From NCBI GenBank assembly GCA_964016885.1, contig OZ024740.1, forward strand, positions 263,376,001-263,440,000: 64,000 nt of DNA, read 5' to 3'. Position 1 is the first letter of the stretch. Each line of letters starts with the position of its first letter. This DNA is from Eledone cirrhosa (lineage: Eukaryota). The notes under the pieces were generated by a model that did no database searches, was not told the origin of the DNA, and was given only the letters and a program-made list of their open reading frames with translations. Of the stretch, positions 43,390 to 55,939 are shown in pieces. A program made the translations under genes and the position numbers.

Positions 43390-44900
43390 CTAAAAATAAC
43401 TATGAACTAGTAAAAACGGAAAGTATACTCGTCAGCGCAGATAAAACAGACAATAATAGGGGAGGCCTTAAGATAGTCATTCGCTTAGGCATAGCCGACA
43501 CAACAGAACCATTTGTACCCCGAGTTCCAACTTGAAAGACCACAAAGACAACGTTGAATATAACCACTCTAATATGCCCCGCTAAATCTGACATAGGACG
43601 CATAAGTAAGCATATACTAGATAGGATACTAATGCAAATAAAATCAAGCTGTCTTTGAAACTCTGGGGCAATACCGGAGACGCAATCCACTGGTTCACTT
43701 ATTTAGAGGACAAATCAACTTATAATTTCATTCAATTTGACATATTATTATTCATCTATTCGACATACTATTATTCATCTATTCCTCAAGTCCTTCTAAA
43801 AAATGCCCTCATATTCTGGATGCACAATTCCAACTTAACTAGAAATGAAGTCGATATAATTTTAACTGCTAGACGTTCGATCATAATGTTTGATAACGAA
43901 TACTAGACGCGTAAAGATAGACAAACCGACTTCGATATAACTATGGGTTCAAGTGTTCCGGATCTTGCAACTGCAGAAATCCCAGCAATTGTCCGTTATC
44001 AGGTAAATGCTTCATCAAAAATATCATTTACAAATGTGTAGTAAAATCTAAACTGGGGGTATATAAATATTTGGGTTCCACTTGGAATATTTTCAAGAAA
44101 AGATGATATGTTTACACCTACACGTTTAAAACCCCAGTTTAAATTGATCTTTTGCCCTGGCGAAACAAATCTTGAATGTGGCGCGCATTAATATTGAATA
44201 CACACTACAATGGTCGGTGCTAAAATACGCCCGTCCTACCGGAGTGAAAGCCCGCCCCTGTGAATTATGTTTGGCGGAGGTAATTGAAATAGTGACCGGA
44301 AAGGACCTTCTAAATTCCCGGCATGATAGGATAATTAATTGCAAACACAAGGTTCTAAAAACCTTCGTTAAATACAAACTGGACTAGAAAAAATTCGATC
44401 CCTAATACCTAGGTTTTATTATATCCTAGTTGGTACATTTCCTGTGGCATTTGAACTTTTCACACCTACCCAAAGGATTCAGTAGTATTCAAAACAATCA
44501 CATTTTCGTAAACCCTTTCCTCCTTACCCACTCTAGCCTACTCCTAACTTCTACCCTCCTTTTTCTGTACTTCTCTTTATACCTTCTCCTTTCGACCACA
44601 TATGGTAAACATCAAAGCCTTCACTCATACCAATGGTCAAAGAATAATTGTTCCACATCACAGCACACAGATTGATAGTATGAAACGCTTTACCTCCACT
44701 CCCTCTCCTCCATACTATCACAGTAACTGAATCTATTTCATTCATAGTTGAATTCGACTCATATAGGCTTTCCGATGAAGTGTAATAAATAATTAAGTAT
44801 TGCATATGCGTGGACAGTATATATAGTAGTCAGCATATGTAGACAATTAAATATAGACAAGGAAACATATGGTAAAGCAAATTGCTAATCTCTACACGAC
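43390..44900 (+). mobile_element. Degenerate, internally deleted Penelope-like element
   Basis: 'VSADKTDN', 'CPAKSDIGRISKHILD', 'NFIQFDI...YSSIP...DIILTARRSII...RKDRQTDFDITMGS', then GIY-YIG end 'YTLQWSVL...CELCLAE', and an HHR-like motif at 44767-44878. Confidence 0.85.
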
Positions 44901-45039
44901 GAGGTTTTATTTTTCTTGATGCAATACTTGCTTATATTCATATATATATATCAGGAGTCGATCGACAAGATCCCATACATCGTTTGTTTCTTTGGTCTTT
45001 CTAATTACTAATATTATTTGTCGGTCGCAAATCCAGGCA

Positions 45040-45162
45040 GAAGGAGCAACGTGAAATAAAGCGTCTTGCTGAAGAACATAACGCATCACCCGGCCCTGGA
45101 ATCGAAATCACAACCTCATGATTGCGAATTCAATTCTGTAACCACTCAGCCACGCGCCTTCA
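45040..45162 (-). mobile_element. tRNA-derived SINE, second family (5' part)
   Basis: Minus strand GGCGCGTGGCTGAGTGGTT (A box)...TTTCGATTCC (B box)...CAGCAAGACGCTTTATTTCACGTTGCTCC. Confidence 0.7.
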
Positions 45163-45169
45163 CAACATG

Positions 45170-45202
<33 letters not shown>

Positions 45203-45272
45203 TAAGTATTTCCGTAGAAAAGATAAATGAAAGAACAGTGATTTATGTATTGTACATAGTTATTTAATTACG

Positions 45273-45452
45273 TAATAAACAACTCATTATAATTATTCCA
45301 ATATACTAGACGATTCTCACAGAAACGTCCAGCCCGTTCATCAGAAGAAACAAAACATAATTATTTCTTTTGATGAAGGGGCGGGATGTTTCTATAAGAA
45401 TCGTCTAGCCTTGAAAACTTTAGTAATGGAATACTTATATTGTGTTGTTTAT
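45273..45452. repeat. Fold-back hairpin containing a hammerhead motif
   Basis: Arms ~45273-45350 and 45364-45452. The plus strand reads tatttctt-TTGATGA-AGGGGCGGGATGTTTCT ata AGAATCGTCTAGCCTT-GAAA-ACTTTAG-TA-atggaata. The left arm supplies CTGATGA. Confidence 0.75.
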
Positions 45453-45475
45453 GATGTATATATGTATATAATATA

Positions 45476-46629
45476 CTAGCAGCAGGACCGGCGTTGCACG
45501 GGGCAAGAAACGTGAAATAGCAACACGCATATGCAAAGATTGAGGAATGTAGCTGTATTCTTTTTGAATTCCCTTATTCTCAGGGAATGATTGTTCATCT
45601 ACTGGAAACGTAGAACACCAACAGGCCAAATCCAGTAGTAGCAGTGTCAGTGGGCTGATTGCGGAAATCCTGTATGCGAAAGGAGTAAGTAAGTGTTGTG
45701 GGGCGATGTATGTCGTAAGTCTGTTCACGAATTACGTCACGGACGGGGAACACACGTCAGTCTGAAGGAGGAACATAGTCAATTGTGTGAAAACCAAGTA
45801 GGGATGTACGTTTAAGTAGGGATATTGAGATGACGAAATCAGTGTGGCAACGCAGCTGCAGCAGAAGGGGGTCGTTGTGCAATTAACACAAACGCTGGGC
45901 GGCACTGGTTTCACTGCGTTTGCATAGCAACAAATGTGCGACTAAAGGGGTCACCGTGGAATTAGCACAACCGCTGTTCGGCGTACTTGCGCAGAGCGTT
46001 CATACTACGGTGTAGGTACAACAAAATGGTTCTTAGTAGAAGTAGCACAGACGTGAGTTTTACGGTGTCAATAAAACGGCAACTACACAGGGCCCGGATT
46101 TGCACGTTATGAAAACACGAAGCGTCAACAGGACGCCGATAACAATTTTAAGGTTCTCTTCATTTCCTCAATACCCCGAAAATGGTCCAGCTTAAAAGTA
46201 AGTAAGTGCTATGAACTCTGTTAAATAAAACAAATTTTTAACGAAATATTATACGCTACTGACGATGTTTAAGTAGCGTTTATATTGACACTGATAATGG
46301 CATGTATTGCCCAATGCTAATTCTTAAATTTCCTATAAATCTCTAATGGAATCGGAAATTTCTTTTGTCTACAGCAATGCGAGGGGACTAACTAATGTGT
46401 GCTGCAAATGTTGAGGAAATCGGCTGGATTATCTTTAATTTACTTCTCAAAAAAGCCTAAAAATGTCTAAAAAATGCGGTTATTCGCTTAAATTTGAAAT
46501 ATTTTATCCCATTGCATTGCAAGAAATATAAATAACGCATGTGTAAAGTTTGAAATAATCTCGGGCGGGTAGTTCTCGAAATTTAGGGATTGACACAGAC
46601 AGACATCCTTTGTTTTATATATAGAGAGA
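45476..46629 (-). mobile_element. Non-autonomous Helitron
   Basis: The minus strand begins A|TCTCTCTATATATAAAAC...TGTCTGTC and ends with the GC hairpin CCCGTGCAACGCCGG followed by CTAG|T. It is inserted in an AT dinucleotide with no TSD. Confidence 0.8.
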
Positions 46630-47037
46630 TAAATTTGTAGTTCCTGTCTGTCTGTTTGTCTGTTTGTCTGTGTGTTTGTTTGTTCACGAACTCCTCCTAT
46701 GGTTTTGGAGATAGACCCCATAACCATCTATATTCTGAAAGTACATTGCCCAGGGTACTTGGATAAGTATATTTCATTTTAATCAAAGGGTTCCCCAGGG
46801 GCACAACCCCCCCCCCCCCCCCGCTGAATATATTTTCCCTTCGATATATATGAAATTTAAACCATGGCTAAATGACAAGATATGATGCCGATTACAACAT
46901 TTCAGCAAATTTCAATAATATTAAGACACCCTAATGGTGTTTTCCTCCATAAATTATATCACTGATTTAAAATCAATCATAATTTTCTCAGAAGACAGAA
47001 TGTGTTGAAGGCATCAATGCGTGGGTAATTCGGCTAG
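46630..47037 (+). mobile_element. Second non-autonomous Helitron (host of the nested one)
   Basis: 5' region has (GTCT/GTTT)n. The 3' end reads ...GCATCAATGCGTGGGTAATTCGG-CTAG|T. Its AT-rich 5' tip probably lies at ~45455-45475. Confidence 0.65.
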
Positions 47038-47075
47038 TATATATATATATTATATATATATACATTTATATATAT

Positions 47076-47328
<253 letters not shown>

Positions 47329-47381
47329 AATGAAGTAATTCCGTAGGAAAAAAGAGTACTCTATGTAGGTTACAGAGCTTA

Positions 47382-47612
47382 ATAGTTATGTAATAAACAA
47401 CATCAGATAATTATTTCATTTACCAGTGGTTTCTTGAAAGCAGACAAATCTGCGTTCAGTCATCACAATGAAAAAATCCTGGTGTTTTCAAATCCACATT
47501 CATTAAAAACACCAGGATTCTTTCATCCTGATGACTGAAAGCAGACTTGTATGCTTTCAAAAAACCACTGGTAAATGAAATAATTATCTTATGTTGTTTA
47601 TTTCATAACTAT
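47382..47612. repeat. Fold-back hairpin (~107-bp arms) with a hammerhead in each arm
   Basis: Arms 47382-47488 and 47506-47612. Consensus TTTCATT-CTGATGA-cTGAAAGCAGA nnnn TCTGCTTTCAa-GAAA-CCACTGG-TA-AATGAAA. Confidence 0.88.
47521..47580 (+). ncRNA. Type I hammerhead motif (GAAA mutated to AAAA in this copy)
   Basis: TTTCATC-CTGATGA-CTGAAAGCA...TGCTTTCAA-AAAA-CCACTGG-TA-AATGAAA. The opposite arm has intact GAAA but GTGATGA. Confidence 0.75.
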
Positions 47613-47614
47613 AT

Positions 47615-47684
<70 letters not shown>

Positions 47685-47733
47685 TAGCCGAATTACATTT
47701 GTTTTGTGAGAAAATAATAATTGATATAATAAT

Positions 47734-47776
<43 letters not shown>

Positions 47777-47956
47777 AAAATTCATAGTGATATATATATA
47801 TGTATATATTTAGACATAGTCACAGATACATATATGAGTGTGGCTACCTTCCACGGTGTGGCTCTATGAAAAAATTAATTAAGCAAATCATTATTAATCA
47901 GAGCAATATACAATTATAAGTTTGAAGAACAGACAGACAAAATATATCCAATTATT

Positions 47957-48175
47957 CTTCTCCTTAGTCCGTAGAAATTAACTAGATAAATAATCATTTA
48001 AACGGAGCTGGGTTTAAAATGCAACTTTGAAGAAATAACAGATAAATGCCACAGACTATCCTCTGTGAAAACAGTCAGATAAGATTTACCTAGTCTTTTC
48101 TCTTAGTCCGTAGAAATTAACTAGACAAATAATCAATTGAACGGAGCTAAGTCTAAAATGTAAGTTTGAAGAAAA
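47957..48175. repeat. Two-copy tandem duplication, ~140-bp period
   Basis: CTTAGTCCGTAGAAATTAACTAGAYAAATAATCA...TTTGAAGAAA occurs twice. Confidence 0.85.
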
Positions 48176-48597
48176 TATGTATATAAACTTTACCAAAGTT
48201 CTTCTAGTCCCGAATATCGATAGTTTCGCTCGTACTTTGTGGATATGCTAGTTAATTTCTCATGGTCAACTTTATGTTGGTTGCTCCAGGTTGGGTAGTT
48301 TACAAGACTTATTTGACTATACTCCAAACCAGAAAACAAAGAAGCTCTTTCTTTCCAGAAGTTATAGAGTTTATGTCCCCTCATATCAGACATAAGTTTT
48401 GTATTTTCATTTTTTATCAATTTCTGTATCATGAATTCAGAATTGTTCCTTAATTGAAGAATACATGGAATTTAGAATAGCATGTTTTGCTTTCTTCTAA
48501 TATATAAGGAACACTTTTATTCCCGAGCAACTCTTGGTGCGTCTTTTAGAGGGCCTGTGGTTGACCCTTTATCGATTTGTCTGTGGGCCTGTCTGTT

Positions 48598-49055
<458 letters not shown>

Positions 49056-49079
49056 GCCAACTACGGAAAGCATTCTCCA

Positions 49080-49652
49080 AAGGAGATGAACTGGATTTGT
49101 CTAGTATTAATTAAAGGTTAATTAGTCACTCATACCAAAGCATCTCAATAGAGGAAATCTATCTTTGTTTATATTCCCGTAATCAGATTTTTTTCTGATT
49201 TAATTGTAATATATAATATTGCTTCTCTGAGACATTTCTTTCATTGAGTCGTTTGGGTATTAGTGACTAATTCACCCTTAATTAATATCAAACTGCTCTG
49301 AAATTTGTCGAGCTGTATCAGATGGTTTTAGGCTGTTATTTTTAGCGACAATAAAAGCCTGCCAAGTAGTAGGCTTTTATTATCGCTAAAAATATCAGCC
49401 TAAAACCGTCTGGTTCAGCTCGACAAATTTCAGAGCAGTTTGATATTAATTAAGGGTGAATTAGTCACTAATACCCAAACAACTCAATGAAAGAAATGTC
49501 TCAGAGAAGCAATATTATATATTAAAATTAAATCAGAAAAAAATGTATTTACGGGAATATAAACAAAGATAGATTTCCTTCATTGAGATGCTTGGGTATG
49601 AGTGAATAATTAACCTTTAATTAATACTAGACAAATCCAGTTCATCACCTTT
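49080..49652. repeat. Long palindrome (~280-bp arms, ~10-nt loop) with an older internal palindrome in each arm
   Basis: Centre ATAAAAGCCT-gccaagtagt-AGGCTTTTAT. The arms are complementary out to AAGG.GATGAACTGG / CCAGTTCATC.CCTT. Confidence 0.95.
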
Positions 49653-49893
49653 GAATAAAAATGTCGATCAAATTTACTTAGTAATAATTTATTAGCAGTG
49701 GTTTTGAGGACAATGAAAGAGGGCACACAATTGCTGAGGAAACACCAATACAGATTTAAACATAGTAATGTGATCAACAATACTATGTTTAAATCTGTAT
49801 TGGTGTTTCCTCAGCAATTGTGTCCTCTTTCACTGTCCTCAAAACCACTGCTAATAAATTATTACTAAGTAAATTTGACCGACATTTTTATTC
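49653..49893. repeat. Second palindrome (~115-bp arms) directly abutting the first
   Basis: GAATAAAAATGTCG...TTTAAACATAGTA / TACTATGTTTAAA...CGACATTTTTATTC. Confidence 0.95.
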
Positions 49894-50489
49894 ATATAAC
49901 ACAGCATTCGGTGTTAGATTAGTAGATAGGTAGATTAGATATATTCATATAAGATATATAGAAGAATTACAAGCTAAATAAGGGGAAGAATCAAATATAG
50001 TGTTAGAGTTTGCCGTATGACACTTCAAAACAGTGAATGGTGGATGAAATGTCAGACGATGAAATAGACCCGAAATGTTTGTAAATTCTCAAAATACTGG
50101 GCATTTAGGAAGAAAATCATTCAGTGTGTATTTTAAAAGAAGAGAATTCTTGGTGAAATGTATTTAAAAAATTGCCGACTTGCTTCTCTTTCTGGACAAA
50201 TTGAGGGGTTTCCTGTTTTAAGTACCGAGTGAAGTCTGTTTATATCAATTAAGTACCTCAAAGACAAAGTGTGCAAATTGGTATTGAGGTTTGATTTAAT
50301 TCTAATATAGGCTTACATTGTATTGTTTGTAAATATTATAAGATGCATATTGTGAATCTGAAACTAAGAGCCATTGTTCTTATTGTTGCATTAGCGGCTA
50401 GATTTTTTGGTGTGTTGGTTTTGGTGTTTTAAGTTGCTGGAGTTGACAAAAATCAAATTATGATTGGTTGAGAAAAATATTTTAGTGGT

Positions 50490-50605
50490 GTATTGTTGAA
50501 GATATGGAATATTGTTGAAGATATGGAATATTGTTGAAGATATGGAATAGATATGTTGAACGTGGAATAGATATGTTGAACGTGGAATAGATATGTTGAA
50601 TAGAT
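50490..50605. repeat. 19/20-bp minisatellite
   Basis: TGTTGAAGATATGGAATAT x3, then TGTTGAACGTGGAATAGATA x2. Confidence 0.9.
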
Positions 50606-51687
50606 ATGAGTAACGCATATAAGATTCTGGTAACCCTTTATGCTGCAATGTAAAATATACAAAATGATATTATTTTGTGTAATCTGACTTTATGTGGATT
50701 GGGTTGAAATGCAGATCCTCTATGAAAGATATCTCTTTCTTTCATTCACTTATGGAAAGAACGTTCTTATAATAATCGGAATTAAGTTTAAATGGTAGAT
50801 AGATACGGGAGCCTAAGTTATATGTTATCAACTAGATTCAAATGGAGTTTTGCAGTGGTCGGAATGATTGTGAAGATTGTCTACTGGTCCAGATAACTTT
50901 TGAATATAGTTTAGTTATTCAACTTATCAAGAAGGTTCACAAAATATAAATTTCTTTATGTTCACATAGGCAGGAATATAAAGTAGGAAATATTCCACCA
51001 TTACAATTTTATCAAGAGCATTCATTCATTACTTTAAATTGAATTATTAAAATTAAATAAATAACTAATGTCAGCTACTGGAATATTGCTTACTTATTAT
51101 TGCAACCATTCCTCCATAACAACTATCCATGATAATTATATAATATATTTTGCTGTTCATGGGTGTATACTGTAATCACATAGGAAGCCTATTGGTTTTA
51201 TCTTACAATAAAATCTCATTCTAGATTTGAAATTTCGATTGCAGGTTACGTCAGGTCACCTTTCCAATAGGTTTTCAGTTGTTTGTTCAAAATAGGACAA
51301 ACATCATAAAATATTTATGGGCCTTTGAGATTGTTGGATTGGAAAAAGGTTATGCTCAGAGATCTGACAGAAATGCTTGCATCGAATATAGACCTGCACT
51401 CAAGAACTTTAAAAATCCCTTCAACCAAAAGCTTTCACCACACAAGTTTTCGCACAGTGATAACAAACCTGAAAGCACGCAGTTGTAAAGCAAAGATCTA
51501 AACCACATGTCCATGCTTACACCCATCGAAGAAATATCGTAGGCTTTAGATGGAGTTAGATGGAGTAATTGATTTTAATATAAACGAAGCTTTTTGGTAA
51601 TGATTATTTGTTTAGGTAAATCTTTGTTATAAAATGAAAATTGATAACTATGGATATTAACAAAACAAGTAAAAATCTGCGATGCAA

Positions 51688-51895
51688 CAGTGGTTCCCAT
51701 CATGTGTTCCACGGATCCTCAAAAGTCCGCAATGGCAGTCGTAGGAGTTTCTGAGATTGCCATGGAGACATAATTCCAAAAAGCCGATGTACATATAGAG
51801 CAGCGGTTCCCAACATGTGTTTTACACATCTTCGAAGGTCCGCAATGGCAATCGTTGATGTTTCTTAGGTTGCCGAGAAGTTATAATTCCAAAAG
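51688..51895 (+). mobile_element. Two tandem hAT/Charlie-like terminus fragments
   Basis: CAGTGGTTCCCATCATGTGTTCC and CAGCGGTTCCCAACATGTGTT, ~113 bp apart. CAGTGGTTCCCAA resembles Charlie-type TIRs. Confidence 0.45.
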
Positions 51896-52307
51896 TCTAC
51901 AATGCATGTGAAAATGCTTTTGTATACATGGTGTGTTTGTTAGTGTATGGTATCAGGAAACACATATGCAAAGAAGTTACGAAGAAAAAGAAAACGAGGC
52001 AAAGCAACAAAAAAGGCGGCATATTTTGTTTGTATGAATCTTTATAATCGTTATGTACATCTTACATTGTATGGTTTTAATAATGGTTACTACATTTGTA
52101 TTCAAAAATGAGAGAAGTCCGATTGAAATTACAAAGATAATAATGGACACGACACATCTCCAAATTACTCTTTAAAAGATGACAGCAGTTAGTGTTTACA
52201 ATATGAAATTTCTTTTGGTTTTTCCTCACGCAGTTCTGTTTTGTTTATACATTATTTCGGAATTCTTCGGTGGCTTCAAGACATCAGTATTTTTCTGTTC
52301 TTACTGT

Positions 52308-52455
52308 CTATATATATATATAAACGGATATATAATGTATATATATATGTATATATATAAGTGGATATATAATATATATATATATGTATATATACATATA
52401 TTTATATATGTATATATATATAAATATATTTATATATGTATATATATATATATAA

Positions 52456-52487
<32 letters not shown>

Positions 52488-52595
52488 ATATTTATATATG
52501 TATATATATATATATATAAATATATTTATATATGTATATATATATATATAAATATATTTATATATGTATATATATATATACATATATTTATATAC

Positions 52596-52637
<42 letters not shown>

Positions 52638-52659
52638 GTATATATATATATATATATAT

Positions 52660-52690
<31 letters not shown>

Positions 52691-52691
52691 T

Positions 52692-52764
<73 letters not shown>

Positions 52765-52765
52765 T

Positions 52766-52796
<31 letters not shown>

Positions 52797-52958
52797 TACA
52801 TATATTTATATATATATGTATATATATATATATATATATATACATATATTTGTATATATATATATATATACATATATTTATATATATTTATATATATATA
52901 TATATACATATATATATTTATATTTATATATATATATATATATTTATAGTTATATATT

Positions 52959-52992
<34 letters not shown>

Positions 52993-53808
52993 TATATATA
53001 TATATATAAATATATATATATATTACATTTATATATATATGATTGGATTCTATTTCTTTTCGTATTGTAACACTATCATTTCGATAATTTTGGAGAGTCA
53101 CGTGGTAATGTTATACAATGACAGGCTGTCAATGAAAAATGTCTAGTGGATACAAAGATCTCATATGTGTTTATATATATATTTATGTATATATATATTT
53201 ATATATATATTTATGTGTGTGTGTGTGTATGTCTTTGTGTATATATATACATATATATATACATGTATATCTATATATATTTATGTATATATATATACAT
53301 GTATATCTATATATATTTATGTATATATATATATATATATTCATATCTATATATGTATATATATATATATATATTCGTATCTATATATGTATATATATAT
53401 TCATATCTATATATGTATATATATATTCATATATATATAAGTATATATATATTCATATATATATAAGTATATATATATTCATATATATTTATGTATATAT
53501 ATATTCATATATATTTATGTATATATATATATATATTTATGTATATATATATATTTATGTATATATATATATGTATATATATTATGTATATGTATATATG
53601 TATATATTTATGTACATATATTTTTATGTATATATATGTAAATATATGTAAGTCTATATATATAAATATGAATATATGTATATTTATATATATAAATATG
53701 AATATATGTATGCATATATATTTATGTATATATATATGTTCATATATGTATATATATATATGAATATATATATATATTTATGTATTCATATATATATTTA
53801 TGTATGTA

Positions 53809-53861
<53 letters not shown>

Positions 53862-53880
53862 TAAAATATATATATATATG
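52308..53880. repeat. Very long degenerate (AT)n-derived minisatellite field
   Basis: Direct reading, including higher-order units such as ATATATTTATATATGTATATATATATATAC. Confidence 0.95.
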
Positions 53881-53899
53881 TGTGAGTCTGTCTTCTTTT

Positions 53900-54477
53900 A
53901 TATTGGTAAGAATATAGAAGTATTCGCAAAATGTGGAAGCTGCAACAGAGTGTGTTTTCTGTTGGAGTATTTTCTGTTTTATATGTTTATTTGTAACAAT
54001 CGAACAAATGTTAAAATGTATTTGATTCAAACCTGAAGCCTATTTAAAATATTTACAACTGAGATCAGTTCTTCACACACAGTAAAAGCTATCATTTCCA
54101 ATAACGTAATTTTTTCATAATATTTGATAATTCAATATAATGTCTCCGATGGCAAGATTAATGGAAGCATTCTCTCATTGGTCCAATCCCACCACCGGTT
54201 CCTGTCCTTTTTTGATATTATGTGAGGTTATAGTTTACAATTACCTAAATTTTACATTAATTATTGTGAAGTCGTCATTAACAAAGACATGTGTTTATTA
54301 CTCTGTCAATAATAATTAGTATTCTTTTGTTGTTAATATGTTGACTCTGGATCTTATAATCTAATGATATTATTATTAGCATTATGTTAGAAATGATTAA
54401 AATGGTAGAAATATGTAATAATAATGATAATAGTAATAATATTAGTACTACTACTAGTAATATTAATGTTTCTATTT

Positions 54478-54510
<33 letters not shown>

Positions 54511-55939
54511 GTTTTATATGTGATATTTCATTTGTTTAACATAGTAGCTTCAGATTTGAATATGAAAAAAAAGAAAAAAAAAGAAAATAGTACAAAATCC
54601 AAATATATGAATATAATATAGATATATTTATGTTATAATGAACAGTATGTGCAATGGCATTTGTGTTAGCTAAAAAGAATGATTGAAAGCAAAGCGACAT
54701 CTGTTGAAATAAAAAAAAAATTACAAATAACATGGGACAACTCTCGATCACTGTGTAGCATGCCTGACATCAACCGGAGTAAACACGATCACAATGTTTC
54801 CTAAAGTTTTGATGTTTTGTCATATATTTTTTCTTTTCTTTCTTTTTTTGTAAAATTGATGTATTTAATATGTGGTTTGAGTGTTTTTTTTTTTGTTTTT
54901 TCTTTTGTTCATTATATTTTGTTGTAATGTTTTTTTTTACGATAAAGTACATGTAATTTATCAGCAAAAATCAACGGAAAGAGGCTTGACGCCAGGAAAC
55001 GTTTTCATTTGATGTTCAAACTTCCGCTGGTTGTCTCCTTTTTTATATATTTATACATTATTTTTGTTTGTATATCTTTTGCTTTGTTTATTTTTTTAAA
55101 CTTCATTCTCAACCATACTTGATTTTGATTGTTTATAAATTCTGTTTTCTTTTGGATTTATTTGTGACAAAGGTTGAAAACTCAAAAGATAATTCCTTTA
55201 CAATGTATTTGGTTAACTTCTTTTTTATTTAATTTCATTAATAATATCATTATCGTTATTGATTATTTTTTCTGGTCTTCCTCTCTCTCTTTCCACTGAA
55301 ATCTCTGACATTTACATAGGATATCACTTTTGAATGGAACAAAGATGTCCGCAGAAATAAGAAGAAATAAAATAGAAAACAAATAAACAAATAAAGGAAG
55401 AAAGATAGAGAGGGGGAGATGAAACGGAAGTGAAAAATAAAATGGAATGAAACAAAAGGATAAACAGTAAAAGAAAACGGAACAAATATGAAAGTGTTCA
55501 AAATATGTCTGTTGGTTTAATTAACACGGGGAAAAATGCCTGGAGGTTTTGAAATATCTTCAAAATTATTAAATGATTTATCAGACGAGGGAGATAAAGA
55601 AATAAAGTTGATAACGAACCAAAACAAATGACGAAAATGGACGTGGTATGCAACGTCTATTTCCAAATAATATTATTATTATTCCCCCCAAAAAATATGG
55701 TTCATAACAGTTTCTATTCCTTGTGATTGAACAGAGAAAAAAAATTAAAAATATAAAATAAAATTTGAAAAAAAAAGCAAAGAATGGAAGATAATTTTTT
55801 CTCTCTTTGGCTGAATTTATTGCAGTTGTTGTTGTCGCTACTGCAGGTTTCATTTATTTATTTATTTATATTTGTTTGATTTTTATTTCAGTTCAGAAAT
55901 AGTGTAGTCCATGCCTTATTATTTTTATACAATAGGATC
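53900..55939 (-). other. Probable long AT-rich 3' UTR of the KCTD gene
   Basis: No recognisable transposon in this A/T-run-rich stretch downstream of the stop, with several AATAAA on the minus strand (e.g. ~53986-53991). The end is not determined. Confidence 0.45.

Noticed and set aside
50490-50605. CRISPR-like short repeats
   Set aside because: The units are contiguous with no unique spacers, there are no cas genes, and the context is eukaryotic.
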